From assembly GCA_016218805.1 (NCBI GenBank), contig JACRCW010000076.1, positions 1 to 64,000 on the forward strand: DNA of 64,000 nucleotides, in the 5' to 3' direction. Made by a program: the position numbers and the translations under genes. Origin of the DNA: Deltaproteobacteria bacterium (GTDB taxonomy: Bacteria; Myxococcota; JACRCW01). Below, one piece after another: positions 38,540-47,910 of the stretch. Below the pieces are notes generated by a model, which worked only from the letters and a program-made list of their open reading frames with translations, was not told the origin of the DNA and searched no databases. The first letter of the stretch is position 1. The number at the start of each line of letters is the position of its first letter.

Positions 38540-39772
38540 ATGACTGACTTTTCCTGGCACGCCGCGCGTTCTCTCGCCGTTCTCGTCGCCTGGGCCGGCT
38601 GCACGGTCGCTCCCGGCAGCGGTGCCGACGCCGACGGCGGCCCATCCTCCTCCGGCGGCGCTGTGTCCTCCGCTTCACGGTGGTCGTCCAGTGCCCCGGC
38701 CGCCAGTTCCTCCGCCCCCGGTTCCTCGTCGGGCGGAGGCGCTTTCTTCCGGCTCACGCTCCGGTGGAGTGATCTTGCCGAGGGCTATGACGGCAAGACG
38801 TTGTACGCGCGCCTTGAGGACAATCCTGTGAGCGGTTGGCGCCTGCTGGCGTCCGGGCAGGCCGTTGTGGTGAACCGCCAGGCCACTTTGGACCTGGGGA
38901 CCGTGCTGCCCGCAGGCCAGAACGCCGGGCTCTTTGTCTCCTGGTACCTCGACGCCACCGAAGACGCGCTGTGTGACCCGTTCCGCCTGGGTGACTGGGC
39001 GTCGCTCGCGGTCCTGCCCACCCACGTGGCCGCTGACCAGGCGCTTGACCTGACCATGGACGCGCAGCAGGGCCCCGTGGAGATTGCCTGCCAGCACTTC
39101 TCGCACACCGGCCCGTACACCCTGACGCTTGTCGGCACCGGTGCGCCGGGCCAGACCAGCTACGCGGCGTTGTGGGACACCCAGACGGCGGACGTGGTTG
39201 CCACCCGGCAGCTCACGGCCACGCAGGCGGGCCGCGTTGTGGGGGTGATGGAGGGGCGCCTGCTGGATGGCCACTCCTATGAGTTGGACCACTATTTGGA
39301 TGTTGACGGTGACCGCGGGTGCGGAGTGACGGAGACGGTGCGTCGCTACCACGTGTCCACGGCCGCACGCATGGATGTGCGGGTGGACTTGGATGGCAAC
39401 GGTGACCCGGGCGCGTGCGCGTCATTTGCCGGTCCCTTCAGCATCACGTTGACCGTGTCCGGCTACACGCCACCCCAGCCGCAAGTGGGGACCGCTGAAC
39501 TCCGCGGTTTCATCAGTGACGTGAACAGCACCGTGCAGGGGGAAATCCCGTATTTCGGCTACACGCTGAATCCCACCACACAGCGGCTTGGTGACGAACT
39601 GCTGCTCAGGCACTCCTATGCGTACCGCTTCTACCTGGACCTGGATGCCAGCGGGCAGTGCTCCGGTGGAGACGCCGTGTGGCGGGGGACCTGGTCTGAG
39701 GTGAACGCGGACCTCACGCAGCGGCTCACGCCGGCGGACCAGGACCCGGCGGGCTGTTCCAACGGGCCGTGA
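38540..39772 (+). CDS. Hypothetical lipoprotein with three repeated Ig-like, Dx[DN]xDG-type domains
   Basis: Lipobox WAGC, Ser-rich linker, repeats YLDATEDALC / YLDVDGDRGC / YLDLDASGQC. Confidence 0.7.
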   Translation: MTDFSWHAARSLAVLVAWAGCTVAPGSGADADGGPSSSGGAVSSASRWSSSAPAASSSAPGSSSGGGAFFRLTLRWSDLAEGYDGKTLYARLEDNPVSGWRLLASGQAVVVNRQATLDLGTVLPAGQNAGLFVSWYLDATEDALCDPFRLGDWASLAVLPTHVAADQALDLTMDAQQGPVEIACQHFSHTGPYTLTLVGTGAPGQTSYAALWDTQTADVVATRQLTATQAGRVVGVMEGRLLDGHSYELDHYLDVDGDRGCGVTETVRRYHVSTAARMDVRVDLDGNGDPGACASFAGPFSITLTVSGYTPPQPQVGTAELRGFISDVNSTVQGEIPYFGYTLNPTTQRLGDELLLRHSYAYRFYLDLDASGQCSGGDAVWRGTWSEVNADLTQRLTPADQDPAGCSNGP

Positions 39773-39912
39773 GGGCGCCGCGCGCCTGGCCAACCGGCTT
39801 GTGCCTGCCGCGCCGGCCCGCCGCTTGTCAATCCGCGTGTCCGCCGTCCGCCCGCGCCACAACGTTTTCTCCTTCTGCTAACAGGGCCAGCGCCGCCACC
39901 CGGAGGGATCCC

Positions 39913-40602
39913 ATGGAAACGTTCGCCGCCGCCGTTCCGTCGGGACCCGACCGCCGCGCCGAACGCCCGCGCGCTGCCAACGGCGCCGGGCACCGCCACT
40001 ACATTGCCATCACCGGCAGCATTGGCGTGGGGAAGAGCACGCTGACGGACTTCCTGTGCCGCACCTACAAGGTGACGCCGTTCTTTGAGCCCAACGACGA
40101 GAACCCCTACCTGGCGGACTTCTACGCGGACATGCGGACCTGGGCCTTCCGCAGCCAGTTGTTCTTCCTCACGCACAAGTTCCGCATCCACCAGGAACTG
40201 GACCGCAATCCCGGCACGGTGGTGCAGGACCGCACCATCTACGAGGACGCGGAGATCTTCGCGCGCAACCTGCACCTGTCCAAGCACATCGACGCGCGCG
40301 ACTGGGCTGTCTACCAGGAGCTGTACCGCACCATCCTGCGCAGCCTGCGGCCGCCGGACCTGATGATCTACCTGCGCTGCAACCCGCGCACGCAGCGCCA
40401 ACGCATCCGCGAACGCGGCCGCGACATGGAGCAGTCCATCCCCACGGCGTACCTCAAGCGCCTGGGCACGCTGTATGAGGAGTGGTTCGCGCGTTTTGAT
40501 TCCGCGCCCAAGGTCGTCATAGAGACCGACCGCATGGACTACCTCAGCGACCTGGTGCACCGGCTGGACGTGCTCAAGGAGATCGAGCGCCACCTGGTGT
40601 GA
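39913..40602 (+). CDS. Deoxynucleoside kinase
   Basis: GSIGVGKST, NPYLADFY, QDRTIYED and RGRDME motifs. Confidence 0.92.
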   Translation: METFAAAVPSGPDRRAERPRAANGAGHRHYIAITGSIGVGKSTLTDFLCRTYKVTPFFEPNDENPYLADFYADMRTWAFRSQLFFLTHKFRIHQELDRNPGTVVQDRTIYEDAEIFARNLHLSKHIDARDWAVYQELYRTILRSLRPPDLMIYLRCNPRTQRQRIRERGRDMEQSIPTAYLKRLGTLYEEWFARFDSAPKVVIETDRMDYLSDLVHRLDVLKEIERHLV

Positions 40603-40661
40603 ATCTCCCCGCGTCCCGCGGCATCCGTCGGGGAACAACCCAACGCAGGGGAGGCTGAACC

Positions 40662-41123
40662 ATGAAGGAAGGCGAAGAGGCGCCGGGCTTTGAGCTGGAA
40701 GGCTCTGACGGCAAGAAGCACACGCTCAAGGATTTCAAGGGCAAGCCGCTGGTGGTGTACTTCTACCCCCGGGACAACACGCCGGGCTGCACCCGTGAAT
40801 CATGCGATTTCACCGCGGGACTCACCGCGTTCCGCCGTGCGGGCGCGGAAGTGGTGGGCATCAGTCCGGACAGCGTGAAGAGCCACCTGGGCTTCATTGA
40901 GAAACAGGGGCTGCGGCACCTGCTGCTGGCGGACCCGGAGCGCCAGGTGTCGACGGAGTGGGGCGTGTACCGGGAGAAGGTCCTGTACGGGAAGAAGTCG
41001 CTTGGGATTGTGCGGTCCACGTTCATTGTCGACGGGAAGGGCGTGGTGCGGAAGGTGTTTGACAAGGTGAAGGTGGACGGTCACGTGGACAAGGTGCTGG
41101 CCGCGCTCAAAGAGCTGGATTGA
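40662..41123 (+). CDS. bcp: Peroxiredoxin Bcp/PrxQ
   Basis: YFYPRDNTPGCTRESCDF. Confidence 0.92.
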   Translation: MKEGEEAPGFELEGSDGKKHTLKDFKGKPLVVYFYPRDNTPGCTRESCDFTAGLTAFRRAGAEVVGISPDSVKSHLGFIEKQGLRHLLLADPERQVSTEWGVYREKVLYGKKSLGIVRSTFIVDGKGVVRKVFDKVKVDGHVDKVLAALKELD

Positions 41124-42148
41124 TGGCGGCGCGGCCGCACCCCGGGCAGCTGACCCTGTGGACGGCGGCGGTGACCGCTCCGGAACCGGTGGAACCCGCG
41201 CCGCCGGGTGAGGGCGTGGTGGAACTGGCCGCGCGGCTGCCGCCCGGGGTCCGGTTGGGGACGTCGTCATGGGCGTTTCCCGGGTGGGCGGGCCTGGTGT
41301 ACGCGCGGGACCATCCGCAGGAGCTGCTGGCGCGTGAGGGACTGCGCGCGTACGCGCGGCACCCGCTGCTGGGCTGCGTGGGCCTGGACCGGACGTACTA
41401 CGGCCCCGTTCCCGTTGAGCAGCTGCAGGCGTGGGCGGGGCAGGTGCCCGCCGCGTTCCGGTTTGTGGCCAAGGGATGGGAAGAGGTGACGCTGCCCGCG
41501 TTCCCGGATCACCCGCGCTACGGCCGCCGGGCGGGCCAGCCCAATCCCCGGTTCCTGGACGCCACGGTGTTCCGTGACGAGGTGCTGGCGCCGCTCGTCG
41601 CTGGCCTGGGACCCTTGCTGGGCGCGGTGGTGCTGGAGTTCTCACCCATGGATCCCGCGCGGGTGAACGGTCCGGTGGGCTTTGCCACGCAGCTAGGGCG
41701 CTTCCTGGCCGCGGCTGCAGCACCGGTGCCGGTGTCCGTGGAACTGCGCAACCCGGAGTTGCTGACGCCTGAATACGTGACCGCCCTGCAGGAGACCGGT
41801 TCCGGGCACGTCTGCAACCGCTGGAGCCGGATGCCGCCCCTGGCCCGGCAGTGGGCGGTGACCGGGCTCCCCGGCCGCGGCCCGGTGATCCTCCGCCTGC
41901 TGCTGCCGCCGGGCCGGACCTACGCGGAGCGCCTGGCCCAGTGCACGCCGTTTGCCCAGCTGGTGGACACAGACCCCAGCATGCGTGACGACGTGGAAGC
42001 GCTGGTGCGGGCCGCGCTGGCGGCGGGGCGGGAGGTTCTGGTCGTCGTCAACAACAAGGCGGAGGGCTCCGCGCCGCGCACGGTGGAGGCGCTGGCGCGG
42101 CGGCTTGTCGGCGGCGGGGTTGACGCGAGGGCCCCCGTCGGGAAATGA
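41123..42148 (+). CDS. DUF72 family protein
   Basis: LGTSSWAFPGW, DRTYY, VELRN and NNKAEGSAP motifs. Confidence 0.85.
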   Translation: MAARPHPGQLTLWTAAVTAPEPVEPAPPGEGVVELAARLPPGVRLGTSSWAFPGWAGLVYARDHPQELLAREGLRAYARHPLLGCVGLDRTYYGPVPVEQLQAWAGQVPAAFRFVAKGWEEVTLPAFPDHPRYGRRAGQPNPRFLDATVFRDEVLAPLVAGLGPLLGAVVLEFSPMDPARVNGPVGFATQLGRFLAAAAAPVPVSVELRNPELLTPEYVTALQETGSGHVCNRWSRMPPLARQWAVTGLPGRGPVILRLLLPPGRTYAERLAQCTPFAQLVDTDPSMRDDVEALVRAALAAGREVLVVVNNKAEGSAPRTVEALARRLVGGGVDARAPVGK

Positions 42149-42176
42149 AGCGTTGATCCGGGCACAGGGGACACGA

Positions 42177-42911
42177 ATGGCGACGAAGAAGAAGACAGGC
42201 AAGGCGCGCACCACCGCCGCGAAGTCCAAGTCCGCGCGGAAGCCCGCGGCATCCAGCAAGCGCGCCACGCCGAAGAAGAAGGCTGCGCCGAAGAAGAAGG
42301 CTGCGCCGAAGAAGAAGGCTGCGCCGAAGAAGAAGGCTGCACCGAAGAAGAAGGCTGCACCGAAGAAGGTGCCCGCGCCAACGAAGAAGGCTGCGCCCGT
42401 CGTTGCCATCAAGGCCAAGGTGGCCCCGGACCGCGAGCGCACGCCAGTGAAGGATCCGGTGAAAGCGCTGGCCGATGCGGCCATCCGGGCCGTGCAGCAA
42501 CGCGTGGCCAGCACCCGTCCAAAGCCGGCGAGCGCGCCCAGGCCCTCCGCGCCCCCTCCTGCGCCGGCGCCGCGTCCCACGCCGCCGCCCGCGTCAGAAC
42601 GCCGCGAACACCTGCGGGTTCCCTATGGAGCCTGGGTGAACGTGGTGCGCGCGGGCCGGCAGGAATTCTGCCTTGCCCGGGACATCTCCATGGGCGGGTT
42701 GTTCCTTAAGGCCAGTCCGCCGCCCGCCCTCGGTGAACCGGTGCAACTGCTGCTCCTCATTGAGAACGAGTCCGAACCGCTGATGCTGGGTGGCATTGTT
42801 GTCCGCCGCTCCGAGGGCGAGGGCGGCTTTGGCGTCCGCTTCAGCAACCTGGACGCGCGCTCCGCCGCACGCCTGCGCGACCTGGTGGCGGACACCGCGG
42901 CCGACGTCTGA
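42177..42911 (+). CDS. Histone-H1-like Lys/Ala repeat region fused to a C-terminal PilZ domain
   Basis: (PKKKAA)5 repeats; PilZ motifs RREHLR and DISMGG, plus GFGVRF. Confidence 0.85.
   Translation: MATKKKTGKARTTAAKSKSARKPAASSKRATPKKKAAPKKKAAPKKKAAPKKKAAPKKKAAPKKVPAPTKKAAPVVAIKAKVAPDRERTPVKDPVKALADAAIRAVQQRVASTRPKPASAPRPSAPPPAPAPRPTPPPASERREHLRVPYGAWVNVVRAGRQEFCLARDISMGGLFLKASPPPALGEPVQLLLLIENESEPLMLGGIVVRRSEGEGGFGVRFSNLDARSAARLRDLVADTAADV
42270..42368 (+). repeat. 18-bp coding tandem repeat CCGAAGAAGAAGGCTGC[G/A], 5.5 copies
   Basis: Read directly from the sequence. Confidence 0.95.
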
Positions 42912-42933
42912 GGCCCGCTCCAACTGGAACTCC

Positions 42934-43017
42934 GTTGACACGCCAGTCAGCACGCTGGCTGGGCGGTTGACGTTCACATCGGCCCGCCCCTACGTTTGCA
43001 TTGACGCATCAGTCAAT
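42934..43017. promoter_or_regulatory. Two TGAC-N6-GTCA boxes flanking a sigma70-like promoter upstream of tetR
   Basis: GTTGAC-acgcca-GTCAGC (42934-42951) and ATTGAC-gcatca-GTCAAT (43000-43017), with TTGACG-N18-TACGTT between them. Confidence 0.6.
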
Positions 43018-43029
43018 TGGCGCGGAGGC

Positions 43030-43707
43030 ATGGGCATGGGCAGGGCGGTGGTGCGGGCGCAGAAGTCCCCGGGGCGGAGCGCCGGCAAGGACGCGGCGGA
43101 TGACCGCGCGCGGGACAAGCAGCGGCAGATCCTGGACGCGGCGGTGCGTGTGTTTGCGCGCAAGGGGTTTCACGCGGCGCGAATCTCGGACATCGCCAAG
43201 GAAGCCGGCGTGGCCTACGGGCTGGTGTACCACTACTTCACCAACAAGGAGGAAGTGCTCAACTCCATCTTCCAGCGCAACTGGAGTGTCGTGGTGAAAA
43301 TGATGGAGTCGGTGGAGCAGCAGCACCGCGGTCTCAAGGCGCGCCTCACGGCCATCGTGGACTTCATGATGAACGTCTACAAGATCTCGCCGGAGACGGT
43401 GGACCTGCTGGTGCTGGAGTTTGGCCGCAGCAGCCGGCTGGCGCAGACGGTGCGGCACCCGCAGGTGGACCGAAGTTGGACGGTGCTGCAGCACATCCTG
43501 GAAGCGGGCCAGGCGGACGGCGAAGTGCGCACGGATACCGACGCGCGCCTGCTGACGACGCTGTTCCTGGGCATGGTGGAGACGGGGCTGGCGGCGTTTG
43601 TGACGCGCATGATGCAGCGCGACGACGCGATGCTGGAGGAGATGAAGCGCGCGATTGTGTCCACGTTTGTTGAGGGCGTGGCACCACGGGGGAACGGCGG
43701 GAGGTGA
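43030..43707 (+). CDS. TetR/AcrR family regulator
   Basis: ILDAAVRVFARKGF...IAKEAGVAYGLVYHYF.NKE. Confidence 0.92.
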   Translation: MGMGRAVVRAQKSPGRSAGKDAADDRARDKQRQILDAAVRVFARKGFHAARISDIAKEAGVAYGLVYHYFTNKEEVLNSIFQRNWSVVVKMMESVEQQHRGLKARLTAIVDFMMNVYKISPETVDLLVLEFGRSSRLAQTVRHPQVDRSWTVLQHILEAGQADGEVRTDTDARLLTTLFLGMVETGLAAFVTRMMQRDDAMLEEMKRAIVSTFVEGVAPRGNGGR

Positions 43708-43711
43708 ACAC

Positions 43712-44869
43712 ATGGATTTCCGCTTGAACGACGAGCAACGGGCGCTGATGGACAACGCGGAGAAGGTGGGCCGCCGGCTGGTGTACCCCAGCGTGCGCGA
43801 GCGTGACCGCACCGGGCGCTGGGACCCCGCCCTCTGGAAGGGCATGGGGGAGGCGGGCCTGCTGGGACTGCCGTATCCCGAGGAATACGGCGGGTCCGGG
43901 CTCAGCTGCCTGGACACCTGCCTGGTGAAGGAGGCGTTCTCCAAGGGCGCGCATGACGGCGGTGTGACGCTGGCCCTGGGAGCGTCCATGATCCTGTGCG
44001 GCGTACCCATCTGGAAGCTGGGCAGCGAAGAGCAGCGCAAGCGTTACCTCCCGAAGATGACGACGGGCGAATGGCTGGGAGCGTTCTGCCTGTCCGAGCC
44101 CGGCAGCGGCAGCGACGCGGCCTCCATGAAGACCCGCGCCGAGAAGAAGGGTGACCGCTACATCCTCAATGGCACCAAGATGTGGATCACCAACGGGCCG
44201 CTGGCGCACCACATGATTGTGACGGCGGTGACCGACCCCACGCAGAAGGCGTTTGGCATCAGCACTTTCATTGTGGACGCGGATTGCAAGGGTTTCCGCG
44301 TGGGCCAGCACATTGACAAGCTGGGCATGCGCACCTCCATGACCTCCGAGATCATCTTTGAGGACTGCGAGGTCCCCGAGGAGGCGCTGCTGGGCCAGGA
44401 GAACTTTGGTTTTGTGACGACGGCCAAGCTGATCCTGGGCTGGGAGCGCACGTGCCTGCTGGCGCCATTTGTGGGTTCCATGGAAGGCGCGCTGGAGGCG
44501 TGCGTGGAGTACGCCAAGACGCGGCAGCAGTTCGGGCGGCCCATTGGGAAGTTCCAGGCCATCCGGCACAAACTGGCGGACATGAAGGTGTGGCTGGAGA
44601 TTGGCCGCAACCTGGTCCACAAGGCGGCGTGGATGATTGACCAGGGCGAGGAGCCGCTCGTCGAAGCGGCGGTGGCCAAGCTGTACATCAGCGAGATGGG
44701 CCAGCACTTTGCGCGCGAGGCGATCCAGATCCACGGCGGCAACGGCTTCACGACGGAATACGAGCTGGAACGCATGTACCGCGACTGCATGCTCGCCACC
44801 ATCGGCGGCGGCACCAGCGAAGTGCAGCGCAGCATCATCGCGCGGTCGATCATGAACCTGGGATACTGA
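43712..44869 (+). CDS. Acyl-CoA dehydrogenase
   Basis: FCLSEPGSGSD, NGTKMWITN, RQQFGRPI, QIHGGNG and IGGGTSEVQR motifs. Confidence 0.95.
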   Translation: MDFRLNDEQRALMDNAEKVGRRLVYPSVRERDRTGRWDPALWKGMGEAGLLGLPYPEEYGGSGLSCLDTCLVKEAFSKGAHDGGVTLALGASMILCGVPIWKLGSEEQRKRYLPKMTTGEWLGAFCLSEPGSGSDAASMKTRAEKKGDRYILNGTKMWITNGPLAHHMIVTAVTDPTQKAFGISTFIVDADCKGFRVGQHIDKLGMRTSMTSEIIFEDCEVPEEALLGQENFGFVTTAKLILGWERTCLLAPFVGSMEGALEACVEYAKTRQQFGRPIGKFQAIRHKLADMKVWLEIGRNLVHKAAWMIDQGEEPLVEAAVAKLYISEMGQHFAREAIQIHGGNGFTTEYELERMYRDCMLATIGGGTSEVQRSIIARSIMNLGY

Positions 44870-44881
44870 GCGGAGGAACGC

Positions 44882-46027
44882 ATGGACTTTGGACTCAGCG
44901 CGGAGCAGCAGGCGTTCCGGGATGCGTTTGAGAAGTTCTGCCAGGACAAGATTGCGCCGCGGGCAGCCGCGGTGGACCGCGCCGGTGAATTCCCGCGCGA
45001 GAACTACCGCGCGCTGGCCGAGCACGGGTTCCTGGGGCTGGGCTACCCCGAAGACGTGGGCGGCACGCCGGTGGACCCGCTCTGCAACTGCTTTGCCGCG
45101 GAATCACTGGCGGCGGCGTGCGCGTCCACGTTCCTGGCCGCGGGCGCATCGCGGGACCTGTTTGGCACGCCCCTGGTGCGGTTTGGCACGGAGGAGCAGA
45201 AGAAGCGCTACCTGCCGGGCATTGCGGCGGGTGACAAGGTGGGTTGCATGGCGCTCACGGAGCCCGGTGCCGGCAGCGACGTGGCGCGCATCCGCACGCG
45301 CGCCAGGAAACACGGCAGCGGTTGGCAACTGTCCGGCGAAAAGGCGCTCATCACCAACGCGCCGGTGGCGGACTGGGCGCTGGTGTTTGCGGTGACGGAC
45401 CCCGGGGCCGGCTACGGCGGCGTGTCCACCTTTGTGGTGGACCTGGCGGCCAGGGGCGTGAAGCGGTCCGCGCCGTACCGCAAGACGGGCCTGCGCGGTT
45501 CACCCACCGGTGGGCTGACGTTTGACGACGTGGAACTCCCCGCCGACGCACTGGTGGGCGCCGAGGGCGCGGGTTTCCTCCAGGCCATGCAGACGCTGGA
45601 CAAGGGCCGCGTGGGAATGGCGTGCTTTGGCATTGGGCTGGCGCGCGCGGCCATGGCGGCGGCCATCAAGTACGCCTCGGAGCGGGAGACGTTTGGCAAG
45701 AAGCTGCAGCAGCACCAGGCCATCCACTTCAAGATTGCCGACATGCAGGTGCAGATTGAAGGCGCGCGCTGGATGACCTGGCGCGTGGCCCTGGACGGTG
45801 GCGAAGGCGACACCGGCCTGCGTGAGATGGCCAGCGTGGCCAAGCTGTTTGCCACCGAGATGGCGGTGCGCGTGACCGACCAGGCGCTGCAGATCCACGG
45901 CGGCTGGGGCTACACGGAGGACTTCCCCGTGGAGCGGTACTGGCGCGATGCGCGGCTAGGTCCCATTGGCGAGGGCGCGAGTGAGATTCAACGCGAGATC
46001 ATTGCGCGCGCGCTGCTGGGGTTCTGA
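44882..46027 (+). CDS. Acyl-CoA dehydrogenase
   Basis: [24 protein letters not shown] and [10 protein letters not shown] motifs. Confidence 0.95.
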   Translation: MDFGLSAEQQAFRDAFEKFCQDKIAPRAAAVDRAGEFPRENYRALAEHGFLGLGYPEDVGGTPVDPLCNCFAAESLAAACASTFLAAGASRDLFGTPLVRFGTEEQKKRYLPGIAAGDKVGCMALTEPGAGSDVARIRTRARKHGSGWQLSGEKALITNAPVADWALVFAVTDPGAGYGGVSTFVVDLAARGVKRSAPYRKTGLRGSPTGGLTFDDVELPADALVGAEGAGFLQAMQTLDKGRVGMACFGIGLARAAMAAAIKYASERETFGKKLQQHQAIHFKIADMQVQIEGARWMTWRVALDGGEGDTGLREMASVAKLFATEMAVRVTDQALQIHGGWGYTEDFPVERYWRDARLGPIGEGASEIQREIIARALLGF

Positions 46028-46029
46028 GG

Positions 46030-46071
46030 GAATCCTCTGCGCGGCGGCGGGCTCTCAGTTCACGGAGTCCC
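46030..46071 (+). promoter_or_regulatory. Upstream motif shared with the methyltransferase operon (ECF-promoter-like GAAYCC-N16-CTCYCA)
   Basis: 30/42 ungapped identity to the reverse complement of 50026-50067 by manual alignment. Confidence 0.55.
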
Positions 46072-46086
46072 GCACCCGGAGGTGTC

Positions 46087-47436
46087 ATGAAGCTGGCCCG
46101 TTCCACCGTTGTGGCGCCCGTGCCCGGGAGCGAAAAGCTGTTGATGGTGCAGCCGCTCACCGGGCAGGTGGCGCTGTGGGAAGGGGAAGACGCGCGCCGG
46201 GTGGCCGCGGTGGACCGCGGCGCGGAGTTGCCGGCCTGTCTGCCGCTGGTGGACATGCGGGAAGCCGGGTTTGCGGTGTCCTCGGACGAGGAGGAAGCGG
46301 ACCTGCGGTCGGCCGCGTACGCGGAGTACGTGGAGGAGGTGCTGCGCACGCCCACGCAGCTCATTGTGGTGCCGAGCTTTGGCTGCAACCTCAAGTGCAC
46401 CTACTGCTACCAGGAAGTGTTTGACCCGACAGGCGGCGGGCTTATTGCGGCGGACACCATTGACGCGCTGTTCCGCTACGTGGACCGCTTCCACGGCGAG
46501 GATGACCCGCGCCCGTACCTGACGCTGTTTGGCGGCGAGCCGTTGCGGGACACGCCGACACACAAGGACCGCGTGGAGCGCATCCTGGCGCGCGCGCGTG
46601 CGCGCGGCATTGGCGTGGCGGTGGTGACCAATGGGTACGACCTGGAAGCGTACGTGCCGCTGCTCTCCGCCGGCGGCATCCGCGAGGTGCAGGTAACGCT
46701 GGATGGCCCGGAGCCGGTGCAGGACCTGCGGCGTCCGCACGCCAGCGGGGCGGGGACGTTCCAGCGCGCGGAACGCGGCGTGGATCAACTGTTGAGGAAC
46801 GGCGTGCCGGTGAACCTGCGCGTGGTGGCGGACCGGGACAACCTCCCGTCACTGCCGGCGCTGGCGCGTGTGGCGCAGGAGCACGGGTGGCTGGACCTGC
46901 CGGGTAGCCTGTTCAAGACGCAGGTGGGTAGGAATTACGAACTGTTCGGCTGCGCGAGCGGCCAGCGCCGCGACCAGCTGTATGACCGCGTGGAGCTGTG
47001 GGCGGATTACGTGGCGCTGGCGGAGAAGGACCCGGTGCTGCGGAAGTTTCATTCGCCGCGGTTCCACGGCATCCGGCACCTTGCGGACACGGGGGAGTTC
47101 CCGGTGGCCAACTTTGACGCGTGTCCCGCCGCCAAGAAGGAATGGGCGTTTGCGCCGGATGGCGGGTTGTATGGGTGCACCGCCACGGTGGGGAATCCGG
47201 CGTATCGCCTCGGCACGTACGCGCCGGAGGTTGTGCGGGATGAAACGGCCATTGGGCGGTGGCGGGAGCGCAGCGTGTTCACCATTGAGAAATGCAAGGA
47301 CTGCTCGGTGGCGGCGGTGTGCGGCGGCGGATGCGGCGCGATTGCGGCCAACCGCACGGGGGACATCCGCGGCGCGGATTGTCGTCCGGTGGCGGAGTTG
47401 TTTGGCATTGGGGCAAGGTTCTACGGGTTGGGCTGA
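46087..47436 (+). CDS. Radical SAM/SPASM protein, peptide-maturase-like
   Basis: CNLKCTYC and FGGEP; SPASM C...YGC...CKDC....VCGGGC...C; ~90-aa N-terminal extension. Confidence 0.9.
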   Translation: MKLARSTVVAPVPGSEKLLMVQPLTGQVALWEGEDARRVAAVDRGAELPACLPLVDMREAGFAVSSDEEEADLRSAAYAEYVEEVLRTPTQLIVVPSFGCNLKCTYCYQEVFDPTGGGLIAADTIDALFRYVDRFHGEDDPRPYLTLFGGEPLRDTPTHKDRVERILARARARGIGVAVVTNGYDLEAYVPLLSAGGIREVQVTLDGPEPVQDLRRPHASGAGTFQRAERGVDQLLRNGVPVNLRVVADRDNLPSLPALARVAQEHGWLDLPGSLFKTQVGRNYELFGCASGQRRDQLYDRVELWADYVALAEKDPVLRKFHSPRFHGIRHLADTGEFPVANFDACPAAKKEWAFAPDGGLYGCTATVGNPAYRLGTYAPEVVRDETAIGRWRERSVFTIEKCKDCSVAAVCGGGCGAIAANRTGDIRGADCRPVAELFGIGARFYGLG

Positions 47437-47910
47437 CGCAGGGACTCCCGCTTTGCCACGGGCTGCTGCGGACGCCTGCCTTGCCCAAGGGGTGGCGGCG
47501 GCGTTGGCGGCCACGCAACCCGTCAACGTGGCTCGGCAGGAGCCTCACCCTCCCGATGCGCCATTGGGTGCGGAACAGTCAGTGACGCTCGCGCATGTAC
47601 TTCTGCGCAGCCATCCGCGGCGCGGATTGTCTTCCGGTGGCGGAGTTGTTTGGCATTGGTTGGCGCAAGAAGCCACCTGGGAGGGCGAGGCTCCTGCCGA
47701 GCCACGTCACGCGTTCCTCCAACGGGCATTCCGTGCTCGCAAGAGCGCCCGCGTCAGGACGCCTGGCCTTGCCCGAGTGGAGGCTGGTCGAGGGTCGTCG
47801 TCGGCGGCCACGCAACCCGTCAACGTGGCTCGGCAGGAGCCTCGCCCTCCCGATGCGCCATTGGGTGCGGAACGGTCAGTGACGCTCGCGCACGTACTTC
47901 TGCGCAGCCA
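47364..47910. repeat. Tandem duplication of the convergent intergenic region plus both gene ends, containing three REP copies
   Basis: 47364-47411 matches 47612-47659; 47506-47613 matches 47803-47910 (108 bp, 3 mismatches); REPs at 47530, 47679 (inverted) and 47827. Confidence 0.9.
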
